Made by a program: the position numbers and the translations under genes. 64,000 bases of DNA from Octopus vulgaris (taxonomy: Eukaryota). A model generated the notes under the pieces. The model had not been told where the DNA came from and ran no database searches. It saw only the letters and a program-made list of their open reading frames with translations. Of this stretch, positions 39,970 to 51,009 are shown in pieces (the stretch's first letter is position 1; each line of letters begins with the position of its first letter). The stretch spans positions 33,480,001 through 33,544,000 of the forward strand of contig OX597830.1 in the NCBI GenBank assembly GCA_951406725.2, in the 5' to 3' direction.

Positions 39970-40635
39970 TGTGGATGTGTGACTGTGTGGTAAGAAGCTT
40001 GCTTACCGACCACATAGTTCTGGGTTCAGTTCCACTGCATGGTACCTTGGGCAAGTGTCTTCTACTATAGCCTTGGGCTGACCAAAGCATTGTGAATGGA
40101 TTTGGTAGAATGGAAACTTGAAAAGAAGCTTGTCATGTGTGTGCTTGCATGTGTGTGTGTGTGTGTGTGTGTATTTATATGTGTGTGTCTGTGTTTGTAA
40201 CTCCTGCCATCACTTGACAACCAATACTGGTGACTCTATGTTCCCATAACTTGGTAGTTCACCAAATGAGACCAATAGAATAAGTGCTAGGCTTACAAAG
40301 AATAAGTCTTGGGATCGATTTCTTAGGCTAAAACCCTTTAAGGCAGTGCTCCAGCATGGCCGTAGTCAAATGACTGAAACAAGTAAGAGAATAAAAGAAT
40401 GTGTGTATGTGTGTGTGTGTCTTTATGTCTGTGTTTTTTCCCTCACCACTGCTTGACAACTGGTGTTGGTGTGTTTCCATGCCCGTTACTTAGCAGTTTG
40501 GCAATGGATATGGATAGAATAAGTACCAGGCTTTAGAAAAAAATAAGTCTTGCAGTTGATATGTTCAACTAAAATCCTGTAAGATGGTGTTCCAGGATGG
40601 CCAATGTCAAATGACTGAAACAAATAAAAGATAAA
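39970..40635 (+). mobile_element. SINE family A (older) followed by an extra 3' half
   Basis: Full copy to about 40400, then a second CTTGACAAC..GAATAAGTAC..AAATGACTGAAACAA block. Confidence 0.85.
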
Positions 40636-40679
40636 ACACACACATAATCACACACACACACACATATCATCGTAACTGA

Positions 40680-41144
40680 ATGTCCATGTTTTATGCTGGC
40701 GGGGGTTAAATGTTTTAACACGATCAATTGAGTTGAAGAACTGCATCCAGCACCGATGTCTGCTTTGGCATGGTTTTTATGGCAGAATGCCCTTCTTAAC
40801 ACCAATCACTTTACCACATGGACTATACAATGTACATCATTTGTTTCACGCCTGCCTTCTCTGTTGGCATGGGTGGAATGGTTTGACAGGAGCCAGCCAG
40901 GCAGAAGTCTGCACCAGACTTCTGTGACTGTTTTAGCAGGATTTTTTTACAGCTGGAAGCCCTTCCTGGCACCAACCATCCAGCAGAGTCAATTTAGTGT
41001 TTTTTACATGGCACAAGCACAGGTGGGGTCAGTTTTGGCAAGGTTTTTTACAACTGGATGCCCTTCCAAATAACAACCTCTTTACAGTGTGGACTGGATG
41101 CTTTATAAGTGACACCTGCACTGACAGGGTCACCAAGTAACCTG

Positions 41145-41145
<1 letters not shown>
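40680..41145 (-). mobile_element. Diverged RTE-LINE 3' tail fragments (2-3 pieces)
   Basis: Repeated CTGGATGCCCTTCC / GCATGGGT motifs. Confidence 0.6.
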
Positions 41146-41202
<57 letters not shown>

Positions 41203-41204
41203 TA

Positions 41205-42195
41205 TTTTACTCTTTATCTTTTGCTTGTGTCAGCGGCCATGCTGGAGCACCCCAGGATTTACTCTAGTACTTATTCTATCAGTCTCTTTTGTCGAACCGC
41301 TATGTTACGGTGACGTAAACAAACCAGTATTGCATACACAATACACATACATATATATATACATATATACGATGGGGTTCTTTCAGTTTCCGTCTACCAA
41401 ATTCACTCACAAGGATTTGATTGGTCCTAGGCTATAATAGAAGACACTTGCTCAAGCTGCCATGCAGTGGGATTGAACCCAGACCCATGTGGTTGGTAAG
41501 CAAGCTACTTACCACACTGCCACTCCTATGCCTCATCATCATCATCATCATCGTTTAACGTCCGCTTTCCATGCTAGCATGGGTTGGACGGTTCAACTGG
41601 GGTCTGGCAAGTTCGAAGGCTGCACCAGGCCAGTCAGATCTGGCAGTGTTTCTACAGCTGGATGCCCTTCCTAACGCCAACCACTCCGAGAGTGTAGTGG
41701 GTGATTTTATGTGCCACCGACACATATATATTTATATTAAATATACATTCTAACATCTGTGTGTATATTCTTTTATTCTTTTATTTGTTTCAGACATTTG
41801 ACTGTGACCATGCTGGAGCACTGCCTTTTAGTCGAAGAAATCAACCCAAAGACTTATTCATTATAAGCCTGGTATTTATCCTATCAGTCTCTTTTGCCAA
41901 ACCACTAAGTTACAGGGACATAAACACACCAGCATTGATTGTCAAGCAATGGCAGGGGGGCAAACACAGATACACACACAAACAGACATACACACACATA
42001 CACACATGCACACACACACACATATTTGTGTATGTGACAGGCTTCTTTCAGTTTCAGTCTACCAAATCCATTTACAAAGCTTTGGTTGGTCCAAGGCCAT
42101 TGTAGAAGACACTTGCTGAAGGTACTATGTAGTGGGAATGAACCTGGAACCATGTGGTTGAGAAGCAAGCTTCTTACCACACAGCCACACCTCTG
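41205..42195 (-). mobile_element. Cluster: SINE A (41205-41530), RTE tail (41533-41720), SINE A (41770-42195)
   Basis: Reverse complements of the family A copies and the LINE terminus. Confidence 0.88.
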
Positions 42196-42243
42196 CTTAT
42201 TATAGCTCTGTACGTATATGTATATATCTGTATGAATAAATAA

Positions 42244-42274
<31 letters not shown>

Positions 42275-42448
42275 AATGAAAGAATGGAGTTTCATTTATC
42301 TATAGTAAAAAAAACACAAATTTCCACACGAAAGCACGTGATTTCTGCCCTTGGCATGTAGCTTCAACCGTGCTTTCTGACGTAAATTTGCTACCCGGGT
42401 ATCGGTTAACCGAATTATCCATACTAGGATAATTCATTCAACTACTTA

Positions 42449-42483
<35 letters not shown>

Positions 42484-42895
42484 ATGTATATATATATATA
42501 TATATATACACATACACATATACATATACATGCATATGTATGCATACCTGTGCATGCTCACACACACATAGACATATGTATGTATAATTCCCCACATATT
42601 GCTGACCTCTCCCATCATCCCTCCGCCCTCGTTTAACATTTTTAGACATTAACAAATGAGATGCTATTCATTTATTATGATTCATTTTGTTTGCTTTTGT
42701 TTGGAATTGTTTTATTTGTTTGATTGAATGTTTAATTGATTGATTACTTGTTTGATTATTATCTTATTGTGTTATCTTAGCAACTACAGAAATTAGAAAA
42801 GAAAGTTCATATTTATTTTACATCTGTGAATGTTAAGAAAAATAAAATTTTATGTAGCAGAGCATTGTAGTTCGCTTGAAGCATTCTGTATTGTT

Positions 42896-43538
42896 TGTAA
42901 AGAATAAAAAGTTTTGAATAGTACAACGATGCACTATAATACAAACAATGGACTATATACCTGTTGTAATTTAGTTATCCATAGTCCGATGATATTTCGG
43001 AATAAAATTCCTTCTTCAGAAATTCCTAGATGGAGTTGCTGCTGTAATCAGTTTTCCAAAGGCTTTTCTTTTTTCAGAAGCGTCTCAGCAGTGGTCTCAT
43101 GAGGCTCCTTGCGGAATTCCTCATGAGAAGTGCATGAGGTTGGCTATATCTCAATCTCATGTGTGTTGGTAGATCTGTAGCGCTGCTTCTAAGTTATGTA
43201 TTATACATGCAGCTTTTTCTTTTTTATCCCCCTTCTTTTTGTAGAAGCAGCGCTACATGTGTACCAACACACATGAGCTTGAGACATAGCTGACCTCACG
43301 CACTTCTCATGAGGAATTCTGGAAAGTGCTTATTGAGGCCACTGCTGAGATGCTTCCGAAAAAAGAAAAGCTGTTGAAAAACCAATTATAGTAGCCACTC
43401 CATCTAAGAATATCTGAAGAAGGAATTTTATGCCGAAATATCATCAGACTATGGATAACTAAATTACAACAAGTATATAGTCCATTTTTTTGTATTATAG
43501 TGCATTGTTGTACCATTCAAAACATTTCATTCTTTACA
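42896..43538. mobile_element. Long fold-back / MITE-like element with ~296-bp inverted arms and 50-bp spacer
   Basis: Arms 42896-43191 and 43242-43538; the ORF track shows mirrored peptides (42914+ and 43307-). Confidence 0.9.
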
Positions 43539-43904
43539 GAATTTTATGTGTTGCCTCTGATACAAAAATAAGGATTTTGTTTTTTAAATTGGTTTGAAAT
43601 GAGATTATTTGAGAAGGGAGTGGAGTGAATGATGCAATTTCAGAATACTGAAATAAGAACTTCCACTGTAGAAGGTATGTCATGAGACTCATAGACGAAA
43701 GGTGGACCTGTGTAGTTGCTCAGTGGCATCAAAGAGATCAGAAAAGGCTGTTTTGGAAGACCTCTGCATTAATAATGGTAGACGCTGACAATACATGGTA
43801 CACACACCATTAGCAACACCATTTCTACATGTAGAGAAATATTTTCACATGCATAATTAGCAACACCATTTCTATGTGTAGAAAAATATGTTCACATTCA
43901 CGCA

Positions 43905-44120
43905 CTGAAGTGCTGGAAACTTCCAGGTTTTAAGGATATTGTGAAAGGCCTGGTTGGAGGCCTAACCTTCTGAGTTCTTTTACAGGGCTTAGAAAAACTG
44001 AAGGACTGCTGAAATAAGTGTGTGTATCTGAGAGGGGAATAGGTTGGATAAAAGCATAATTAATCGATCCTCCTGCATTTTATTTTATCTAAGGCCAGGA
44101 ACTTTTCAGCACCCTCTCAT
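43905..44120 (+). mobile_element. Mariner-derived MITE (~215 bp)
   Basis: TIRs GTGCTGGAAACTTCCAGG / CCAGGAACTTTTCAGCAC; interior encodes LQGLEKLKDC*NKCVYLRGE, like a mariner transposase C-terminus. Confidence 0.8.
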
Positions 44121-44199
44121 GGATTAGCAACACTTTCTATTTTCACTCACATAATTAGCAACACCATTTCTATGTGCAGAAAAATATATTCACAAATAT

Positions 44200-44418
44200 G
44201 TGAGGGGATGCTGGAAACTTACTGGCTTTAAGGGTATTGCAGAAAGCCTGGCTGGAGGTCCAACCTTCTTGGTTGTTTTACAGGATTTAGAAAAACTGAA
44301 GGATAGCTGCAATAAGTGTGAATCTGAGAGGGAAATATGTTGGACAAATTCATAATTAACTGATCCTACTGTATTTTCTATTACTTAAAACCAAGAAATT
44401 TTCAGCACTGTCTCATTG
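44200..44418 (+). mobile_element. Mariner-derived MITE, second copy
   Basis: TGAGGGGATGCTGGAAACTTACTGG ... CCAAGAAATTTTCAGCAC. Confidence 0.8.
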
Positions 44419-44697
44419 ATTAGCAACACTATTTCTATGCGTAGAGAAATACTTTCACTCACGTAATTAGCAAGAAAAATACGTACAGAAAAATATTTTC
44501 CTGCACATAGATTAGCAACACCATTTCTATGTGTAGAGTTATGTGTTTATACTCAAAGATAATTAGCAGCACAGTTACTTCCAGGCATTAATAGTTGTAA
44601 TAGTATTTAAGCATGGGAGAGTAGTTGGAGATATGTGCTTATGCATATGCAGGTAGACAATTTCTCTGAGATATTTGAAGTTTTATTAGTTAGTTAT

Positions 44698-44857
44698 GCA
44701 GGAGTGGCTGTGTGGTAAGTAGCTTGCTAACCAACCACATGGTTCCGGGTTCAGTCCCACTGCGTGGCACCTTGGGCAAGTGTCTTCTGCTATAGCCTCG
44801 GGCCGACCAAAGCCTTGTGAGTGGATTTGGTAGACGGAAACTGAAAGAAGCCCGTTG

Positions 44858-44892
<35 letters not shown>

Positions 44893-45431
44893 GTGTATGT
44901 GTGTGTATATGTTTGTGCGTCTGTGTGTCCCCCAACATCGCCTGACAACCGATGCTGGTGTGTTTATGTCCCCGTCACTTAGCGGTTCGGCAAAAGAGAC
45001 CGATAGAATAAGTACTAGGCTTAGAAAGAATAAGTCCTGGGGTCGATTTGTTCGACTTAAGGCGGTGCTCCAGCATGGCTGCAGTCAAATGACTGAAACA
45101 AATAAAAGAGTAAAGAGTATAATAAATTCAAGCTACTGATTATCATCGTCTGCCTTTCATGCTAGCATGGGTTGGATGATTTTGACTGAGGGCTGGCAAA
45201 CCAAACAGCCGCACCAGGCTTCAATCTTGATCTGGCAGAGTTACTACAGCTGGATGCCCTTCCTAATGCCAACCACTCCGAGAGTGTAGTGGGTGCTTTT
45301 TATGTGCCACCGGCACGGGGCCAGTCAGGCGGTACTGGCAATGACCTTGCTCAAATCTTTTTACACATGCCACCAGCACAGGTGCCAGTAAGGCGACGTT
45401 GGTAATGATCACACTCAAATGGTGCCCTTCC

Positions 45432-45469
<38 letters not shown>

Positions 45470-45716
45470 AGAAAAATACATTCCTACATAGGGGTACACA
45501 GAAAATATAAAGGCGCAGGAGTGGCTGTATGGTAAGTAGCTTGCTAACCAACCACATAGTTCCGGGTTCAGTCCCACTGCGTGGCATCTTGGGCAAGTGT
45601 GTTCTGCTATAGCCCCAGGCCGACCAATGCCTTTGGTAGACGGAAACTGGTAGACGGAAACTGGTAGACGGATTTGGTAGACAGAAACTGAAAAAAACCT
45701 GTCATATGTATGTATA

Positions 45717-45760
<44 letters not shown>

Positions 45761-45970
45761 TGTGTGTGTTTGTATGTCTGTGTTTGTCACCTAGCATTGC
45801 TTGACAACCGATGCTGGTGTGGTTATGTCCCCATTACTTAGCAGTTCGGCTAAAGAGACTGATAGAATAAGTACTGGTCTTACAAAAGTATAAGTCCTGG
45901 GGTCAAGTTGCTCGATTAAAGGCGGTGCTCCAGCATGGCCGCAGTCAAATGCCTGAAACAAGTAAAAGAG
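44698..45970. mobile_element. Cluster: SINE A + (44698-45118), RTE tail - (45140-45425), SINE A + (45512-45970)
   Basis: Family-diagnostic heads and tails as in the other copies. Confidence 0.9.
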
Positions 45971-46104
45971 TATACTGTTACTTGGTTTTCATTTATTTAT
46001 TATTTGGTAAGTATTTACTAAAATGTTTAGTCACATTTTGGTGAGGAATGGTCAGTGTTCAGATCGAATGAATTCCCATTTGTCCAAATTTGTATTATTC
46101 ACTT

Positions 46105-46415
46105 GGTAACGGGTAAAGGATAAAGACCACTTTGGTAATGAATAACCATGGGATTGCCCTTACAAAGTTACCCTCTGAGGTACAAGTCCAGACAAGGTTG
46201 TTTGTGGAAGACCAATGCATATCAACCTCTCTTTTTCATGCCACCAATCTTATCCCAGAGAAAGGCAAAGGCCAGTACAGCTTGGCACCAGTGATGTTAC
46301 AACTCATTTCTTCAGCTGAGTGAAACAAAGTGTCTTGTTCAAGAACACAATACACAACCCAGTCTGGGAATCAAACTCACTACCTCATGATTGTCAGCTC
46401 GGCTCTCTATCCACT
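46105..46415 (-). mobile_element. SINE family C variant
   Basis: CAGCTTGGCACCAGTGATGTTACAACTCATTTC..GTGTCTTGTTCAAG..AACTCACTACCTCATG is the reverse complement of 28240-28370. Confidence 0.7.
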
Positions 46416-46521
46416 AGGTAGATTTTAAAGAAATATTTTTTCTTAAATTGGTCTTTCCTTCTCTTTATTTTAAATATATTTTTGGGTAAATGTTTCTCTA
46501 AACACCTTATGTGTTTGAACG

Positions 46522-46579
46522 TTTCAACTGACGAGGCAAAGCATTCATAAATGCAAAGTCAGAAATCTGGATCTAGAAT
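46522..46579 (+). ncRNA. Type-I minimal hammerhead-like motif, copy 1
   Basis: CTGACGA at 46528-46534; GGC-GCATT..AATGC-GTC stem II; A-GAAA-T-CTGG-A-TC; imperfect stem I. Confidence 0.4.
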
Positions 46580-47311
46580 TATCCAGTAATTTTTTATTCA
46601 TTTCATCTTGTCGCTTTGTTTTTTCTCCGTGTTGATATATGAACAATTTAGGTGGTTTTAAAGTCAGATCATGGCTGCTATTTTCAGCATGGTGGTATCT
46701 CGTAGATACCCTAATTTATAATTTTAATAATTATTACCTTTGAAAGTTATTTTTTCCATGCTGACCACTTGATAAAATCGTTATTTTATTTTTAAATTAA
46801 TGATCTTATCCATATTTATATAAATTTAAATTTATTTCTACACTGTATTTACTGCGGCGATATTTTGACCATATCTCACATGGAATAAAATGGTGGGCAT
46901 TTTGAACTGGCCATGATGCATACGTGCATATATATGTAAGTATATGTTCGTATATGTAAGTATTTGTATGTTGTATTTATATATATATGTATTTATGTTT
47001 CTCTTCTGTGTGTATTCTACTGATGAGGCAAAGCATTTCTAAATGCAAAGTCAGAAATCCAGATCTAGAATTATCCAGAAATTTTTTACTCATTTCATCT
47101 TGTCCCTGTTTTATCTCCGTGTGGATATATGAACAATTTAGGTGGTTTTAAAGTCAGATCATGGTTGCTATTTTCAGCATGGTGGTATCTTGTAGATACC
47201 CTAATTTATAATTTTAATAATTATTACCTTTGAAGGTTATTTTTTCCATGCTGACCACTTGATAAAATCGTTATTTTATTTTTAAATTAACGATCTTATC
47301 CTTATTTATAT
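46527..47311 (+). mobile_element. Tandem ~295-bp direct repeats (period 492), each starting with a hammerhead motif: Penelope pseudo-LTR / retrozyme-like element
   Basis: Repeats 46527-46821 and 47019-47311 are highly similar; the element ends in (TA)n. Confidence 0.75.
47014..47071 (+). ncRNA. Type-I minimal hammerhead-like motif, copy 2
   Basis: Perfect stem I ATTCTA/TAGAAT; CTGATGA at 47020-47026; stem II GGC+GCATTT/AAATGC+GTC; GAAA at 47054-47057; AUC triplet ending 47065. Confidence 0.6.
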
Positions 47312-47359
47312 ATATATATACATATATATATATACATACACATACATATATATATAAAC

Positions 47360-47402
<43 letters not shown>

Positions 47403-47418
47403 CATATATATATATCTG

Positions 47419-47455
<37 letters not shown>

Positions 47456-47513
47456 GCATATAATATAATTCGAGACAAAACCACTATGTATATATGCATA
47501 TATATATATATAT

Positions 47514-47815
47514 GTGGAGGCGCAATGGCCCAGTGGTTCGGGCAGCAGACTCATGCTCGTAGGATCACGGTTTCAATTCCCAGACCAGGCATTGTGAGTG
47601 TTTATTGAGCAGAAATACCTAAAGCTCCATGAGGCTCTGGCAGGGGGTGGTGGCGATCCCTGCTGTACTCTTTCACCACAACTTTCTCTCACTCTTTCTT
47701 CTGTTGGCCTGGGCACTTAGCCAGCGGAATGGTGTCATTTGAAGGCTAAAACAATCCGAAGCGCATTGTGACCAGTGATGTGTAGCAACATCTGATAGCC
47801 TGGTCGGTCATGGTT
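47514..47815 (+). mobile_element. tRNA-derived SINE (distinct family)
   Basis: GTGGAGGCGCAATGGCCCAGTGG A box and GGTTTCAATTCC B box; unrelated body; inserted in (TA)n. Confidence 0.75.
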
Positions 47816-47818
47816 ATG

Positions 47819-47876
<58 letters not shown>

Positions 47877-47902
47877 CATGTGTGTGTATGAATATATATA
47901 CA

Positions 47903-49421
47903 GATGAATTCTGGGTAGAAGTAGGGGTCCACCAAGGATCAGCCCTCAGTCCTCTTTTATTCATCATAGTCCTCCAGGCAATAACAGATGAATTCAAGAT
48001 GGCTTGCTCCTGGGTGCTCCTTGCCCTCACAGCAGAATCACTACCAGAATTAGAGTAGAAATTTCAGGTGTGGAAGCAAGGTTTCGAATCAAAAGGCTTT
48101 AGAGTCAATGTAGCAAAGACCAAAGTTCTAGTAAGTAGGAAGACGAATTCATCACATACCCTCTCAGGTAGGTGGCCCTGCTCGATGTGTAGAAAAGGTG
48201 TATGTAGAATCTCCATAAAATGTACCCAGTGTAAGCCAGGGACACATAAGAGGTGCAGCAACACCAAAGGAAAATTAACTGGGAAGACAGTTTTTGTGTT
48301 TGGCAGATGCACAGGGGCAATAAACACCACAGATGCTCAGAAAACAGATTCCATCACAATCCAGGGGGAGAAACTAGAAGTAGTTGATAGCTTCCACTAC
48401 CTAGGTAGCCAAGTTAGTATTAAGGGTAGATGCTCTGAGAGTGTTACCACTAGAATAAGAATAGCCTAGGCAAAGTTTAGAAAGCTTCTACCCCTGCTGG
48501 TTACAAAGGACATCTCACTCAGTGAAAGGTAGATTGTACAATGCATGAATGCAAACTTCCATCCTTCATGGCAGGGAAACATGGGCCATGACTGCAGAGG
48601 ATACGTGTTGGCTTGAAAGAAATGAGGCTAGCATGATTCGCTGGATGTGTAATGTCAGTGTGCACATACGACAGAGTATAAGCACCCTGTGAAAAATGTT
48701 GGACATAAGAAGCATCAGATGTGGCATGCAAGAGAGATGTTTGCACTGGTATGGTCATGTATTATGGATGGATGAGGAGAGCTGTGTGAAGAAGTGCCAC
48801 TCCCAAACAGTTGAAGGAATCTGGGGTAGAGGTAGACCCAGGAAGACATGGGATGAGGTGGTGAAGCATGACCTTCGACCGTTGGGCCTTACAGAGGCAA
48901 TGACAAAAGACTGAGACCTCTGGAGATATGCTGTGACTGCAAAGACCCGGCAAAAAGAGTGAGTTCACGGCTGTATCCTACACCAGTTTCACATAACCAG
49001 CCCCAGCCCACTCAAATGTACTTTGGATCGTGTGTGACCTGCTGTGCTTGAGGAGACCTATTGAGTCAAGTACATCAACATCAAAACAAAAATCAAATGG
49101 AAATTGTAGTTGTGATACTCGTGCCAGTGGCACGTAAAAAGCGCTATCTGAACGTGGCCGATGCCAGCACTGCCTTGACTGGCTTCCATGCTGGTGGCAC
49201 GTAAAAAGCACCAACCGATCTGTTGCCAGTCTCATCTGGCCCCTGTACCGGTGGCACATAAAAAGCACCCACTACACACATGGAGTGGTTGGCATTAGGA
49301 AGGGCATCCAGCTGTAGAAACACTGCCAGATCAGATTGGTGCCTGGTCCAGCCTCCTGGCTTTCCAGAACCCAGTCAAACCGTCCAGCCCATGCTAGCAT
49401 GGAAAACGGACGTTAAATGAC

Positions 49422-49457
<36 letters not shown>
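47903..49457 (+). mobile_element. 5'-truncated RTE-clade LINE: RT C-terminal half with Cys/His finger, 3' UTR and (GAT)n tail
   Basis: GVHQGSALSPLLF, GFRVNVAKTK, WPCSMC..CTQC..HKRC, VDSFHYLG, LHWYGHVL, GRGRPRKTW; stops and frameshifts; YADD missing. Confidence 0.95.
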
Positions 49458-49672
49458 ACAGATATATATACATATACATATATACATATATATATATATA
49501 TCATTATACATATCATTATACATTATACATATCCTATCATTATACATATCCACCTGCTTGATCCCTCCCCTCACCACCACATAATGTCTGCTCTACATAC
49601 TCATCTCACATACACACTTAATTTTCCTAACAACAAGGTCTGAAAGATGCACAAAGTAAATAGCATGCCTTC

Positions 49673-49798
49673 GATGCAAGTCTGAAGAAGTGCCTCTGCA
49701 ATGCTGTAAAACTGCAAGTATTACAAGATTTTTCATTTAGAAATTTAGCATAAACTGGCGTTGCAAATGGACATGGTACGGAAACATTTGTAATGTAT
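49673..49798 (+). ncRNA. Degenerate hammerhead-like motif with long stem II
   Basis: CTGAAGA at 49682-49688; GTGCC/GGTAC and TGCAATGC/GCGTTGCA pairings; GAAAC-ATTT-GTA at 49781-49792; (TA)n about 50 bp downstream. Confidence 0.35.
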
Positions 49799-49842
49799 GA
49801 TTAAAGATGGGTTAAAGAATTTTCTTTGTCTGCTTTTCATTG

Positions 49843-49957
<115 letters not shown>

Positions 49958-49967
49958 GATCTTTTCA

Positions 49968-50425
49968 TAGACACTCAATACAATATTATAAAGTGACAAT
50001 CATAAGAGAGAAAGACAGAACCAGCTCAATACAATACAATATTATAATGTGGAAATAATAAGATAGACTAACTAATACTCTATACAATAATATATATATT
50101 CAATACATTATAATGCGATAGTAATAAAACAGACTAACGCATAATGCAATAACACACATGTATAACAATATAAGGAGAAAATAATAACATTGAATAACAC
50201 TCAATGCAACATTATAACGTGAAAATATTAAGAGAAACTAACACACATATGTATTAGAAAGTGAAAGTGATAATACAGACTAATACTTAATACATAAATA
50301 ATACATTGTAAAGCGAAAGTAGTCAGACAATAACATGTACATACATTATAATGTGAAAGTAATATGACACACTAACACATATAAAGTGAAAGCAATGAGG
50401 GAGACTAACACACAATACAATAACT
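49968..50425. repeat. Degenerate AT-rich minisatellite (CATTATAATGTGAAA..AGACTAAC)
   Basis: About 8 recurrences of ATTATAA.GTGAAA and AGACTAAC. Confidence 0.65.
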
Positions 50426-50807
50426 CACTTACACAACGGACCAGTAAATGGAGTGATTGTAATAGTAACGTGATTAGGTTGACATATGCGAGTATAAGCA
50501 GATGTCCAAGCAGACGTAGATGGTCAAATGATTGGTAAAGATAGAGTTCGTTTATGGGTGTGACAGTCTTCTTCTTCTTGAACCTGTTCTTGATTAATCT
50601 TAATTTATCCTAATTAATGCTGAATTTCTTCTCATCAGTTTATGATCTGGTGCAAGATGGATGGTATTCAGCGGCAAGTCTTCTCTTGGAATGGAACGTG
50701 TTTCAATTAGTAGAAGAAGCCCCAAAATATGTGAATCATCCAAGATTCTAATGAATTAACGAAACCAATGTATGTTTGCTCTTTTGTGGGCATGTTTGTA
50801 TGTCTGT

Positions 50808-50850
<43 letters not shown>

Positions 50851-51009
50851 CACATATGTATGTGTGAGTGTGTGTACATATATATATATTTAGATATATA
50901 TATATACTCACATACACACACACACATACACAGATACATATACATGTATATTTATAAATACGCATACATATCTATATACATACACATACATATATATACA
51001 TATAATGTA

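Larger units (their letters stand above)
43809..44570. repeat. ~47-bp minisatellite (ATTAGCAACACCATTTCTA...) interleaved with two mariner MITEs
   Basis: ATTAGCAAC recurs at about 43809, 43856, 44123, 44154, 44419, 44466 and 44511. Confidence 0.85.

Noticed and set aside
42914-43516. Two similar ORFs on opposite strands suggesting a duplicated gene
   Set aside because: A consequence of the inverted-repeat arms; no recognisable protein
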